From Clostridia bacterium (GTDB taxonomy: Bacteria; Bacillota; Clostridia; RGIG8785), in NCBI GenBank assembly GCA_045655245.1, contig JAZOOX010000014.1:5056-69055 (forward strand): a stretch of 64,000 bases of DNA, written 5' to 3'. Numbering within the stretch: position 1 is the first letter of the stretch; every line of letters starts with the position of its first letter. The notes under the pieces were generated by a model, which worked only from the letters and a program-made list of their open reading frames with translations, had not been told where the DNA came from and made no database searches. The translations under genes and the position numbers were made by a program. Below are positions 36,764-45,416 of the stretch, piece by piece.

Positions 36764-37359
36764 TGGGTGGCGGAGCAGGCGGAAATTTTGGAAAAACCCA
36801 GGGGAGCGCATTGGATGCAATCAGTAACCTATTAGTAGCGGCATCTTTGATTCCGGGAGTGGATAGTGTTACCAACGTCATCTCGATTCCCGTTGACATC
36901 CTTCGGGGAGATTGGCTTTCGGTAGGACTGGATGTGCTGGGAGTCTTGCCCGTTGTCGGCGAAGCAGGAGATGCTATGAAACTGGCAAAACTTTCCGACA
37001 AGGCTTCGGATGCTACGAAGGTAGTAAAAAGAGCTACAAAAAGTGTGTCCGATAATGCGAGAAACGTTGCCAAACGATATTCTCTTAGTAAAAATGGTTA
37101 TTTCGGAACGAAAGGAAAAAACACACGAGTTTTCAAAAGCAGTGATCCTTTGAAAGAGTCTGCTGACTTTTATAAAAAGATCAGTAGGGGTGGCGTAGAA
37201 CGGGTTTTGCCTAATGGAAAAGGTGTTCAAACGGTTTTTCCTGATAATTCAAGCGTTGTTTATCGAGTGATTACCAAGACGCTTGATAGTCCTGCGGTTG
37301 AAATAATAGTAAAAACTGCAGGGCAAATAAAGTCACAAAAGATTCATTTTATAAAATAA
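36763..37359 (+). CDS. hypothetical Gly-rich N-terminus protein, possible truncated polymorphic-toxin C-terminal module
   Basis: ATGG overlap with the upstream stop; segment ..GLDVLGVLPVVGEAGDAMKL.. recalls a pre-toxin TG-type linker, then a basic about 90-aa C-terminal domain; no N-terminal secretion domain. Confidence 0.35.
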   Translation: MGGGAGGNFGKTQGSALDAISNLLVAASLIPGVDSVTNVISIPVDILRGDWLSVGLDVLGVLPVVGEAGDAMKLAKLSDKASDATKVVKRATKSVSDNARNVAKRYSLSKNGYFGTKGKNTRVFKSSDPLKESADFYKKISRGGVERVLPNGKGVQTVFPDNSSVVYRVITKTLDSPAVEIIVKTAGQIKSQKIHFIK

Positions 37360-37373
37360 GGAAGTGAGAACAA

Positions 37374-37916
37374 GTGATATTTGTTACTTTAAACGATCAA
37401 ATGGAAAAATTGCTCAGAAGCATTAAAGGAGCCGAAACGGTTTCGTATGAATGCGAGAAAACTTTTAATAATGTTTATGGCAAACTGAGAATCCATACCG
37501 AAAAAGGGTCTGTCGAAGTGACCAATTTTCATCAAACGAGAGACGTTTTAGGGGCTCAGGAAGATGTGTCCGGATTTCAATGCAAAAAGGTGAAAAAAGG
37601 GGATTGTTTTAAATCCTTGTGCGGGGACGTTGCTGAAACGTTTCGGATGAAGGGGCTTGTTACGGAAATCAAAATTATAAATGATGCCATTTCAGTGAAC
37701 GACGGAACATATGAAATCTCTTTCGATCAAGCGATTGTTATAAAAACAGAGGACGAAACAGTAATGTTTTCGCGCGATGCGTGGTTTTCGGAGGATATAA
37801 CAGTTTCCGAGCACGATGATTATGATTTGCTTGTTCCAGTGTCTCGGGTTGCTGAACTGTGGTCATTTGATGGGGATAATAAAGTAAAGATCACCAGAAC
37901 AAGCCGACAGTTATAG
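37374..37916 (+). CDS. hypothetical protein, candidate immunity partner
   Basis: GTG start after RBS AGGAAGTGAG; acidic 180-aa cytoplasmic protein immediately downstream of the toxin-like ORF. Confidence 0.3.
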   Translation: MIFVTLNDQMEKLLRSIKGAETVSYECEKTFNNVYGKLRIHTEKGSVEVTNFHQTRDVLGAQEDVSGFQCKKVKKGDCFKSLCGDVAETFRMKGLVTEIKIINDAISVNDGTYEISFDQAIVIKTEDETVMFSRDAWFSEDITVSEHDDYDLLVPVSRVAELWSFDGDNKVKITRTSRQL

Positions 37917-38010
37917 AAATGAGCGATGGTTTTTTGGGTATTATCATTTGGACAAAGCAATTGATGAAAAACATATCGCCGTATTTGACGAGATCATTAA
38001 ACTTTAAACG

Positions 38011-38038
38011 AAAAGGACTTGGAGAAATCCAAGTCCTT
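38011..38038. repeat. hairpin repeat copy C
   Basis: AAAAGGACTTGGAGAAATCCAAGTCCTT; inverted relative to copy A, so the 36.0-38.0 kb cassette is bracketed by inverted copies. Confidence 0.85.
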
Positions 38039-38123
38039 CTTTGTTTTGGTTTAAAAATCATGGCGATCATCTACCGAGAGTCTGTTCTCGGAAAACAAGC
38101 GAAGCAACTCCTTATTGCAATAT

Positions 38124-38138
38124 GGGGATTATATCCCC
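38124..38138. promoter_or_regulatory. perfect palindrome GGGGAT-TAT-ATCCCC upstream of the XRE gene (candidate operator)
   Basis: 6-bp arms, 3-bp spacer, about 65 bp upstream of the XRE RBS. Confidence 0.45.
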
Positions 38139-38228
38139 TTAATAATTGAGATTATAACCCCCCATAATAGTACTTGCCAAGATGAAGGGGGAAATAGAAC
38201 GATTCGGTTTGACAAGTTGTGGGAGACA

Positions 38229-38399
38229 ATGGAGCAAAAGGGTGTCAGTACCTATCAGTTGAGGGAAAAGTGTGGCATCGACAGCAAGACCATTCGGCGG
38301 TTAAAAGCCAACGAGAATGTTGAGACAAAGACTTTGGACAAGCTTTGCGCCGCACTGGACTGTGTGCTGAGCGACATTGCTGAATATATTGCAGAATAA
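38229..38399 (+). CDS. XRE-family helix-turn-helix transcriptional regulator (start uncertain)
   Basis: HTH_3-like ..GVSTYQLREKCGIDSKTIRRLKANENV..; strong RBS GAAGGGGGAAA at 38184-38194 points to initiation near 38202 (in-frame ATT) rather than ATG 38229. Confidence 0.6.
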   Translation: MEQKGVSTYQLREKCGIDSKTIRRLKANENVETKTLDKLCAALDCVLSDIAEYIAE

Positions 38400-38419
38400 G
38401 GTATCATGGTTCGTTAATG

Positions 38420-38450
38420 AAAAAAGTCAGCCGAGGGGCTGACTTTTTTA
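38420..38450. terminator. bidirectional terminator between the XRE gene and rsmE
   Basis: AAAAAAGTCAGCCGAGGGGCTGACTTTTTT. Confidence 0.85.
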
Positions 38451-38494
38451 TAGGGGATTCAGGGTTTATTGGTTACGGATAACGGATCGCCGTT

Positions 38495-39196
38495 TTATGA
38501 CCACTCGCCCAGTGCAAACGATAATGCAGCAAGGACGGCAGGACCTGCAGTTTCGGTGCGGAGGATGCGAGGTCCTAAGGTGACCACGGTAGCACCTTGG
38601 GCAGTCGCTACTTCGGCGGGGTCAAACCCGCCTTCGGGACCGATCCAGATGCCCACTCGTTTGGGAGTGCTTTTTAAGGCTTCTTTTAAAGATTGACCGC
38701 CGCACTCATAGGGGAGCAAAAAGAGGTCGAAGTCGCCGATGCGGGCGGGGACGTCTTTGCTTTTGATTAACGGAGAGACGGCGGGGACTTTTCCACGGCC
38801 GCTCTGCTTGGCGGCGGAGAGTGCGATTTTTTGCCAGCGCTCGGTCTTGTCGCCTTTGGCAACGGAGCGGGACATTTCCACTGGGACGATTTCGCTGACT
38901 CCCAATTCCACGGCTTTTTGGATGACCGTTTCCATGCGGTCGCCCTTGGAAAGGCCTTGGAAAAGGACAAACTCGGTTTTCGGCTCGGCAGTGGAGGGGC
39001 GTTTTTCCCTTAAGGTGGCGGTGACGCAATCTTTTTGGATATGGGTGATGGTGCCTACGTAGTCAAAGCCTTGACCATCGCACAGCTCTAAGGTTTCCCC
39101 CGCTGTCATCCGCAGGACGCGGACGATATGACCTGCATCCTCGCCGCGGATATTGGCGGTGGTATCATTTTCGAATTCAAAGAAAAACCGGGGCAT
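38495..39196 (-). CDS. rsmE: 16S rRNA (uracil1498-N3)-methyltransferase
   Basis: PUA-like N-terminus and SPOUT C-terminus (..IWIGPEGGFDPAE..); RBS AAAGGAGG before ATG 39196; the listed ORF start is 144 nt upstream. Confidence 0.85.
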   Translation of the reverse strand: MPRFFFEFENDTTANIRGEDAGHIVRVLRMTAGETLELCDGQGFDYVGTITHIQKDCVTATLREKRPSTAEPKTEFVLFQGLSKGDRMETVIQKAVELGVSEIVPVEMSRSVAKGDKTERWQKIALSAAKQSGRGKVPAVSPLIKSKDVPARIGDFDLFLLPYECGGQSLKEALKSTPKRVGIWIGPEGGFDPAEVATAQGATVVTLGPRILRTETAGPAVLAALSFALGEWS

Positions 39197-39398
39197 GGAA
39201 CTACCTCCTTTTGCTTCATTATAACATATATAGGAACGTTTGCAAGAAAATTTTAAAAAAACCTTGCATTTACCAAAAAACTGTGGTAAACTATTTAGGC
39301 AAAATACGCACATTCGCGGATATTCTCGGCGGTGCCGCAAGGTTCCGAGGGTAGTTGATGCGGGTGGAGGTATTAAAAAAACCGGAGGTGTTTTAAAA

Positions 39399-40118
39399 AT
39401 GGCAGTAATTTCTATGAAGCAGTTGTTGGAGGCCGGCGTACATTTCGGTCACCAAACCAGAAGATGGAACCCTAAAATGGCAGAGTACATCTTCACCGAG
39501 AGAAACGGTATCTACATCATTGACCTGTTAAAGACGGTTAAGAAGGTAGACGAAGCTTATCGTTTCTTACAAGAGGTCAGCGCTGAGGGCGGCGACATTC
39601 TGTTCGTCGGCACCAAGAAGCAGGCGCAGGAAGCCATCCGTGACGAGGCTGTTCGCGTTGGTATGTACTACGTAAACGTAAGATGGCCCGGCGGTATGCT
39701 GACCAACTTCAAGACCATCCGCAAGAGCATTGATCGCTTAAAGCAGTTGGAAACCATGGAAGCAGACGGCACTTTTGAGCTGCTCCCCAAGAAAGAAGTT
39801 ATCAAGCTGAAGAACGAAGCCGCTCGTCTGGAAAAGATCTTAGGCGGTATCAAGGAAATGAAGCAGTTGCCTAAGGCACTGTTCGTTGTTGACCCCCGCA
39901 AGGAGCACATCGCCATTTCCGAAGCGCGCAAGCTGAACATTCCGATTGTTGCTATCGTTGATACCAACTGTGATCCGGAAGAAGTAGACTACGTTATCCC
40001 CGGCAACGATGACGCTATCCGCGCCGTTAAGCTGATCACCGCCGCTATGGCCAACGCCGTTATCGAAGGCCGTCAGGGTGAGCAGAACGTTGCTGAAGAA
40101 AGCGAAGACGCTGAATAA
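39399..40118 (+). CDS. rpsB: 30S ribosomal protein S2
   Basis: [27 protein letters not shown].. canonical S2; RBS GGAGGTG. Confidence 0.95.
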   Translation: MAVISMKQLLEAGVHFGHQTRRWNPKMAEYIFTERNGIYIIDLLKTVKKVDEAYRFLQEVSAEGGDILFVGTKKQAQEAIRDEAVRVGMYYVNVRWPGGMLTNFKTIRKSIDRLKQLETMEADGTFELLPKKEVIKLKNEAARLEKILGGIKEMKQLPKALFVVDPRKEHIAISEARKLNIPIVAIVDTNCDPEEVDYVIPGNDDAIRAVKLITAAMANAVIEGRQGEQNVAEESEDAE

Positions 40119-40142
40119 TTCAAAATAAGGAGTGTTTGAGAG

Positions 40143-40790
40143 ATGTTTACTGCTCAAGACGTTAAAGAATTACGCGAAAGAACCGGCTGCGGTATGATGG
40201 ACTGCAAAAAGGCTCTGACCGAGACCAATGGCGACATGGACAAGGCTATTGAGTTCCTGCGCGAAAAGGGCTTGGCTACTGCCGCTAAGAAGGCAAGTCG
40301 TATCGCAAGCGAAGGTTTGGTTGATTGCTACATCCACGATGGCGGTCGTATCGGTGTTATGATTGAAGTAAACTCCGAGACCGACTTCGTTGCCAAGAAC
40401 GCTGAGTTCAAGCAGCTGGTACACGACCTGGCAATGCAGGTTTGCGTTAACAGCCCTGCTTACGTTCGTCGCGAAGAGGTTCCTGCTGAAGTAATCGAAC
40501 ACGAACGTGAAATCATCCGCGCTCAGGCGTTAAACGAAGGCAAGCCTGAAAAGATCGTCGACAAGATGGTTGACGGCCGCATTGAGAAATACTTCAAGGA
40601 AGTTTGCTTGATGGAACAGCCTTTCATCAAGGATCCTGATATCAGCGTCAGTGACCTGGTTACTTCCAAGATCGCTACCATTGGTGAGAACATCACCGTT
40701 CGTCGTTTCGTTCGTTTCGAACGCGGCGAAGGTTTGGAAAAGCGCAGTGACGACTTTGCAAACGAAGTTGCACAGATGATCAATGGCTAA
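40143..40790 (+). CDS. tsf: elongation factor Ts (short form)
   Basis: N-terminal UBA-like ..[19 protein letters not shown]..; directly after rpsB. Confidence 0.95.
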   Translation: MFTAQDVKELRERTGCGMMDCKKALTETNGDMDKAIEFLREKGLATAAKKASRIASEGLVDCYIHDGGRIGVMIEVNSETDFVAKNAEFKQLVHDLAMQVCVNSPAYVRREEVPAEVIEHEREIIRAQALNEGKPEKIVDKMVDGRIEKYFKEVCLMEQPFIKDPDISVSDLVTSKIATIGENITVRRFVRFERGEGLEKRSDDFANEVAQMING

Positions 40791-40794
40791 TTTC

Positions 40795-40825
40795 AAAAAG
40801 CACCCGAAAGGGTGCTTTTTTTGAA
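40795..40825 (+). terminator. rho-independent terminator after tsf
   Basis: AAAAAGCACCCGAAAGGGTGCTTTTTTT. Confidence 0.9.
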
Positions 40826-40845
40826 GTAATAATGAAGAGGTAAGA

Positions 40846-40875
40846 AAAGGACTTGGGAAACCAAGTCCTTTTTCA
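40846..40875. repeat. hairpin repeat copy D
   Basis: AAAAGGACTTGGGAAACCAAGTCCTTTTTC. Confidence 0.8.
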
Positions 40876-40876
40876 T

Positions 40877-40900
40877 TTGGTTAACAAAAGTTAACCAAAA
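40877..40900. repeat. 24-bp perfect palindrome, copy 3 (TTTGGTTAAC-AAAA-GTTAACCAAA)
   Basis: Identical to copy 2 at 2918-2941. Confidence 0.85.
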
Positions 40901-41165
40901 CGGGGCAGGAGAGCGGAGGGGTGGTTGGAAATTCTTAACTGATTGATAATTGTTGGGCGATTTTTCTTAGCCAAAAGAGACGTCGTTTTTAGGGATTTTC
41001 TCCCACCGTGGAAAAAGGCTGAAGGAGCTGTCGCGACAAGCGGGATTTTTAAAAATTTTTGTAGAACATTTTGTGTTTATTTCTGTTCTGTTACAAACAT
41101 ACCACAAAATGTTGTATATGTTTCATTTATGTTTCAATCAGGTTAAAATTTTTTTAAAAAAAGGG

Positions 41166-41240
41166 TTGAAATCTCAAAAAAAATACTTTATAATATAGTC
41201 AAGTGGGGTGAAGTGTCACCAAATGTCATGAAGTGGCAAA
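41166..41240 (+). promoter_or_regulatory. mraZ/dcw promoter followed by four 10-bp-phased MraZ-type direct repeats
   Basis: TTGAAA (41166-41171), 17-bp spacer, TATAAT (41189-41194); then AGTGGGGTGA / AGTGTCACCA / AATGTCATGA / AGTGGCAAAA (41202-41240). Confidence 0.75.
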
Positions 41241-41280
41241 AATCGGTCCCCGATTCCCAATGAAAAGGTGGTGAAACAAA

Positions 41281-41724
41281 ATGCTCATCGGTAAGTTCGA
41301 ACACAGTTTGGATGCAAAGGGACGTGTTACGGTTCCGGGGCGGTTCCGCGACGACCTTGGCGAGCATTTTGTCATTACTCAGGGAATGGATCAAAACCTT
41401 TACATTTACCCCTTGGAGCAATGGGAAAGCTTTGCTGCAAAATTAAGCAGACTTCCGTTGGGCAACAAGGATGCCCGTGAGATTCTTCGTTTCTTTACCG
41501 GTGCTGCATGTGAGTGCGAACTGGACAAGCAGGGAAGAGTCTTGATTCAAAGCGAACTTCGCAGCTTTGCCAATATGGTCAAGGATGTTGTTTTCGTTGG
41601 CGCCATCAACCGTATCGAGGTTTGGGGTCGTGAAGAGTACCTTGCCAAGATGGCGCAGGTCGATACCGATCCTGAGACCATGAACGCGCGGCTGGAAGCC
41701 AAGATGGAAGAATTTGAACTGTGA
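41281..41724 (+). CDS. mraZ: transcriptional regulator MraZ
   Basis: Duplicated MraZ domains with DxxxR motifs (..LDAKGRVTVP.. and ..LDKQGRVLIQ..). Confidence 0.95.
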   Translation: MLIGKFEHSLDAKGRVTVPGRFRDDLGEHFVITQGMDQNLYIYPLEQWESFAAKLSRLPLGNKDAREILRFFTGAACECELDKQGRVLIQSELRSFANMVKDVVFVGAINRIEVWGREEYLAKMAQVDTDPETMNARLEAKMEEFEL

Positions 41725-42662
41725 TGACGAGTTTTTCCCATATCTCGGTACTAAAAGAAGAAACTATTAATCAACTTGACATTAAGCCGAACGGCGTCTA
41801 TTTAGACGGTACCCTGGGCGGGGGCGGACATGCTTTTGAGATTGCCCGCCAGTTGGGGAATGGTCGGCTGATAGGAATTGACCGTGACGATGCTGCGATT
41901 GCTGCTGCAACCGAACGGCTTTCTCCTTTTTCGGACAAGGTTACCCTTGTTCGGGACAACTTTAAAAACGCTCGTTTTATATTAGAAGAACTGGGCGTTG
42001 ACGGTCTGGACGGCGCCATGCTGGACTTGGGCGTTTCCTCCCATCAACTGGACGAGGGAGAGCGAGGGTTTAGTTATCGGTTTTCCGCACCCTTGGATAT
42101 GCGGATGGACAGACGTCAGGAACTGACTGCCGATACGGTGGTCAACACTTACTCGGAACAGGACTTAGCCCGTGTCATCAACGACTACGGAGAAGAACGG
42201 TTTGCTCGTGCCATTGCGCGGCGGATTGTTCAAGCCCGCGCAACGGCGCCTATCGAAACGACCGATGCGTTGGCGGAGCTGGTTTTATCAGCATTCCCTG
42301 CGGCGGCTCGAAGAAACGCCACGGGACATCCTGCGAAACGCACTTTTCAGGCTTTGCGAATTGAGGTCAACGGGGAATTGACCATCTTAAAAGACGCCGT
42401 TTATGACCTTTTCTCCTGTTTGAAATCGGGAGGGAGGTTAGCGATTATCACCTTCCATTCCTTAGAGGATCGGGCGGTGAAACAAGTCTTTGCAGACCTG
42501 TCCACCGGTTGCACCTGTTCGAAAAAATTGCCCGTTTGTGTTTGCGGACGGGTGGCGGCAGGAAGGCTGATTACCAAAAAGCCGTTTGTTGCGACGGCAG
42601 AAGAACAAGAGCAAAATCACCGTGCCCACAGTGCAAAACTGCGGGTCATTGAAAAAAATTAA
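41721..42662 (+). CDS. rsmH: 16S rRNA (cytosine1402-N4)-methyltransferase
   Basis: ..YLDGTLGGGGHA.. SAM motif; follows mraZ. Confidence 0.95.
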   Translation: MMTSFSHISVLKEETINQLDIKPNGVYLDGTLGGGGHAFEIARQLGNGRLIGIDRDDAAIAAATERLSPFSDKVTLVRDNFKNARFILEELGVDGLDGAMLDLGVSSHQLDEGERGFSYRFSAPLDMRMDRRQELTADTVVNTYSEQDLARVINDYGEERFARAIARRIVQARATAPIETTDALAELVLSAFPAAARRNATGHPAKRTFQALRIEVNGELTILKDAVYDLFSCLKSGGRLAIITFHSLEDRAVKQVFADLSTGCTCSKKLPVCVCGRVAAGRLITKKPFVATAEEQEQNHRAHSAKLRVIEKN

Positions 42663-42675
42663 GGGGGAACGCGAC

Positions 42676-43140
42676 ATGTCAGTTGCTACACGGGGGAGTA
42701 GCGCCTATCGTTTAGAAATGATAGACTCGGCCGAACGGGTCGAACACACCAAATCTAAAAATCGCCGCAACCTGCAGACCAAAGCCGCTTCGAAGATGAA
42801 GGCGTTCGTTGCGTTACTGACTGTTTGTGCGGTTGCCTTTGGGATGGCATATCGGTTTGCCGTCTGGACCGGTTTAAACGCCGAGGTGAATGCTTTGGAA
42901 AAGGAGCTGACTTTAATTCAGGGTCAGAACAAACAGAGCGAACTGGCCATTGAGCAGAGTTACGACTTAAAAACGGTAGAAGAAATCGCCGTTACCAAGT
43001 TGGGAATGAGCCGCCCGTCCAAAGCACAGATTACTTATATTTCGATGAATTCCGCAGATTTCGCCGAGGTTGTCGGCGCTGAAGAACCTTCAGCGTGGCT
43101 GAGCCGTTTGGCAAGTGGCGTTCTGGCATATTTGCGATAA
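42676..43140 (+). CDS. ftsL: cell division protein FtsL-like (single TM + coiled coil)
   Basis: ATG 42676 after RBS GGGGGAACG; bitopic topology; sits between rsmH and the PBP gene. Confidence 0.6.
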   Translation: MSVATRGSSAYRLEMIDSAERVEHTKSKNRRNLQTKAASKMKAFVALLTVCAVAFGMAYRFAVWTGLNAEVNALEKELTLIQGQNKQSELAIEQSYDLKTVEEIAVTKLGMSRPSKAQITYISMNSADFAEVVGAEEPSAWLSRLASGVLAYLR

Positions 43141-43243
43141 GGAAAACATACACTCAAGATAGTGGCGAGGCGTTTTAGTGGCCTCGCCATTTTGCCCACT
43201 TTTAGGAAAAGAAGGGCAATGAAATGCAGAAGGGAGAAAAAAC

Positions 43244-45412
43244 ATGGGACACCATACCAGAGCGAGAACGGTCATATTGATTCCCGTTGCTATCATCCTG
43301 GCGCTGGCGCTGTTGATTCGCGTTGGGTATTGGCAGTTTGTCCGCGGGGACCAGCTGCGCACCGAAGCGGCGCAACAGCAAACCCGTGACCGTTTGGTAC
43401 AGTCGCCCCGTGGTTCGATTTTAGACCGAAACGGCAAGGAACTGGCAGTTTCTACCACTGTGGAAACAGTTTCGGTCACCCCAAAGACGGTGCGGGATAA
43501 TAACAAGGATGTTGCGCTGGTTGCCTCTCGCCTGGCAGGGATTTTGGAAATGGATCCTCAGGATGTACTGGATATTTTTAACCGTCAGACCAGCTACGAA
43601 ATCGTCAAACGGCGGGTGGATAAAGACACCGCCGCGGCTGTTCGCGCCTATGTGGCAGAAGCGGATGTCAAGGGGATCAGTCTGGACGAGGATACCAAAC
43701 GAATGTATCCTTTGGGTTCGTTTGCTGCCCATGTTATCGGCTTTACGGGTACGGACAATGTTGGCCTTTCGGGGATTGAAATGGTCTTAAACTCCCGTTT
43801 GGTAGGTGAGCCCGGTCGCGTGGTTTCTGCTAAAAATGCCGCGGGGGACGAAATGCCCTTCCATTACGAGCGTCGCATCGACCCCAAAGAAGGGGAGGAT
43901 GTGGTACTGACCATTGACGAGGTTATTCAGCTCTTTGCCGAAAAGCATTTGAACGAAGCTTATACCGAATGTGAAGCTGCCGAGGGGGCTTCCTGTATTG
44001 TGATGGACCCCAAAACGGGCGAGATTCTTGCCATGGCAGTAGAAGGAACCTTTGATTTAAATGACCCCTTTTATCTCACTGACGAGGAAAAAGAGGTCTT
44101 AAAGCCGTTAGAAGGGGTTGCGTACAACGAGACTTGGAACAGCATCATGCAGCCCAAATGGCGGAATAAGGCGGTTCAGGACAGCTACGAGCCGGGTTCT
44201 ACCTTTAAGATTATCACCGCCTCTGCCGCATTGGAAGAAGGTTTGGTTTCGGAAAATGACCATTTCTATTGCGGCGGCGTCAAAAAGGTTGGTTCCTGGG
44301 ACATTCATTGTCACAACCGTGCCGGACACGGGGCACAGACCTTCCGCGAGGGCATTCAGAATTCCTGCAATATTGTAGTGATGGAACTTGCCGAGCGGTT
44401 AGGCTCTGAGCTCTTTAAAAAGTACATCAAGTCCTTTGGCTTTTTCGAGACCACGGGCATTGAACTAAACGGCGAACAAAGCGGCATTTTCTACAGTAAT
44501 TTTGGGGAAGTGGATATGGCGACCTCCTCCTTCGGGCAGGGGTTTCAGGTCACCCCTTTGCAGATGATGCGTGCCGTTTCGGCGGTTGCTAACGGTGGCA
44601 ATCTGGTTCGTCCCCATTTGGTCAAGGAGTACCGCGACCGTGACGGCAACGTCACCGAAACGGTAGAGCCTACGATTTTGCGTCAGGTTATTTCGAAGAA
44701 GACGTCCGAGACGATGGCCTCGATTTTGGAATCGGTTGTTTCGGAGGGGACAGGTAAAAATGCTTTTGTTAAAGGGTACCACGTTGCGGGTAAGACGGGT
44801 ACTTCCGAGAAAAACCCCCGCGGTACTGAAAAACGTATTGCTTCCTTTATCGGATTTGCCCCCGCTGACGACCCCAAACTTTGCTGTCTGGTTATGCTGG
44901 ATGAACCGCAGACCGAAGTTAAGTCGGGTGGATATCTTGCCGCCCCCGTTGTGGCACGGATTTTGGACGATTCTTTGAACTATCTGGGCGTCGAACCTGA
45001 TTATAACGAAACCAACGAGGTGCAGGAATTTTCTGTTCCCGATGTGAAGGGGCTTCCTTTGGATGCTGCCCGCAATACGCTGAACGAAAGCGGCTTCTCT
45101 TACACAGTTCACGGTGAGGGGGATACGGTTGTGGCACAGAGCCCTCCGTCCATGGCGTTGATTCGTCAGGGTGGAACCGTCCATTTGTACACCGAGGCGC
45201 AGGATGCGGAAATGACCGTAGTGCCTGACCTTTCTAAAAAATCGGCGTTGGATTGCAACGTCCTACTGACCGGAGCGCGGCTGAACATGCGTATGACGGG
45301 CAACACGGGCGAGGGGGCTTACTATGCCATGTCCCAAAGCCCCGAAGCAGGGACCGAAGTTCCTGTGGGCAGCATCGTAACCGTTGAGTTCCGCAGTTTA
45401 GAACAGGAGTAA
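43244..45412 (+). CDS. penicillin-binding protein 2B / SpoVD-like transpeptidase with C-terminal PASTA domain
   Basis: STFK, SCN and KTGT motifs; C-terminal PASTA. Confidence 0.9.
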   Translation: MGHHTRARTVILIPVAIILALALLIRVGYWQFVRGDQLRTEAAQQQTRDRLVQSPRGSILDRNGKELAVSTTVETVSVTPKTVRDNNKDVALVASRLAGILEMDPQDVLDIFNRQTSYEIVKRRVDKDTAAAVRAYVAEADVKGISLDEDTKRMYPLGSFAAHVIGFTGTDNVGLSGIEMVLNSRLVGEPGRVVSAKNAAGDEMPFHYERRIDPKEGEDVVLTIDEVIQLFAEKHLNEAYTECEAAEGASCIVMDPKTGEILAMAVEGTFDLNDPFYLTDEEKEVLKPLEGVAYNETWNSIMQPKWRNKAVQDSYEPGSTFKIITASAALEEGLVSENDHFYCGGVKKVGSWDIHCHNRAGHGAQTFREGIQNSCNIVVMELAERLGSELFKKYIKSFGFFETTGIELNGEQSGIFYSNFGEVDMATSSFGQGFQVTPLQMMRAVSAVANGGNLVRPHLVKEYRDRDGNVTETVEPTILRQVISKKTSETMASILESVVSEGTGKNAFVKGYHVAGKTGTSEKNPRGTEKRIASFIGFAPADDPKLCCLVMLDEPQTEVKSGGYLAAPVVARILDDSLNYLGVEPDYNETNEVQEFSVPDVKGLPLDAARNTLNESGFSYTVHGEGDTVVAQSPPSMALIRQGGTVHLYTEAQDAEMTVVPDLSKKSALDCNVLLTGARLNMRMTGNTGEGAYYAMSQSPEAGTEVPVGSIVTVEFRSLEQE

Positions 45413-45416
45413 AAAC

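Noticed and set aside
37919-38149. 76-aa plus-strand ORF after the immunity-like gene
   Set aside because: Spans the hairpin repeat and the XRE promoter/operator region, has no RBS, and gives a hydrophobic low-complexity translation.
44465-45184. 239-aa minus-strand ORF inside the PBP gene; similar antisense ORFs at 56435-57088 (inside the terminase), 34044-34934 (inside the FDP/methyltransferase) and 31645-32295 (inside spmA)
   Set aside because: All overlap confidently assigned plus-strand genes and lack start-site signals.
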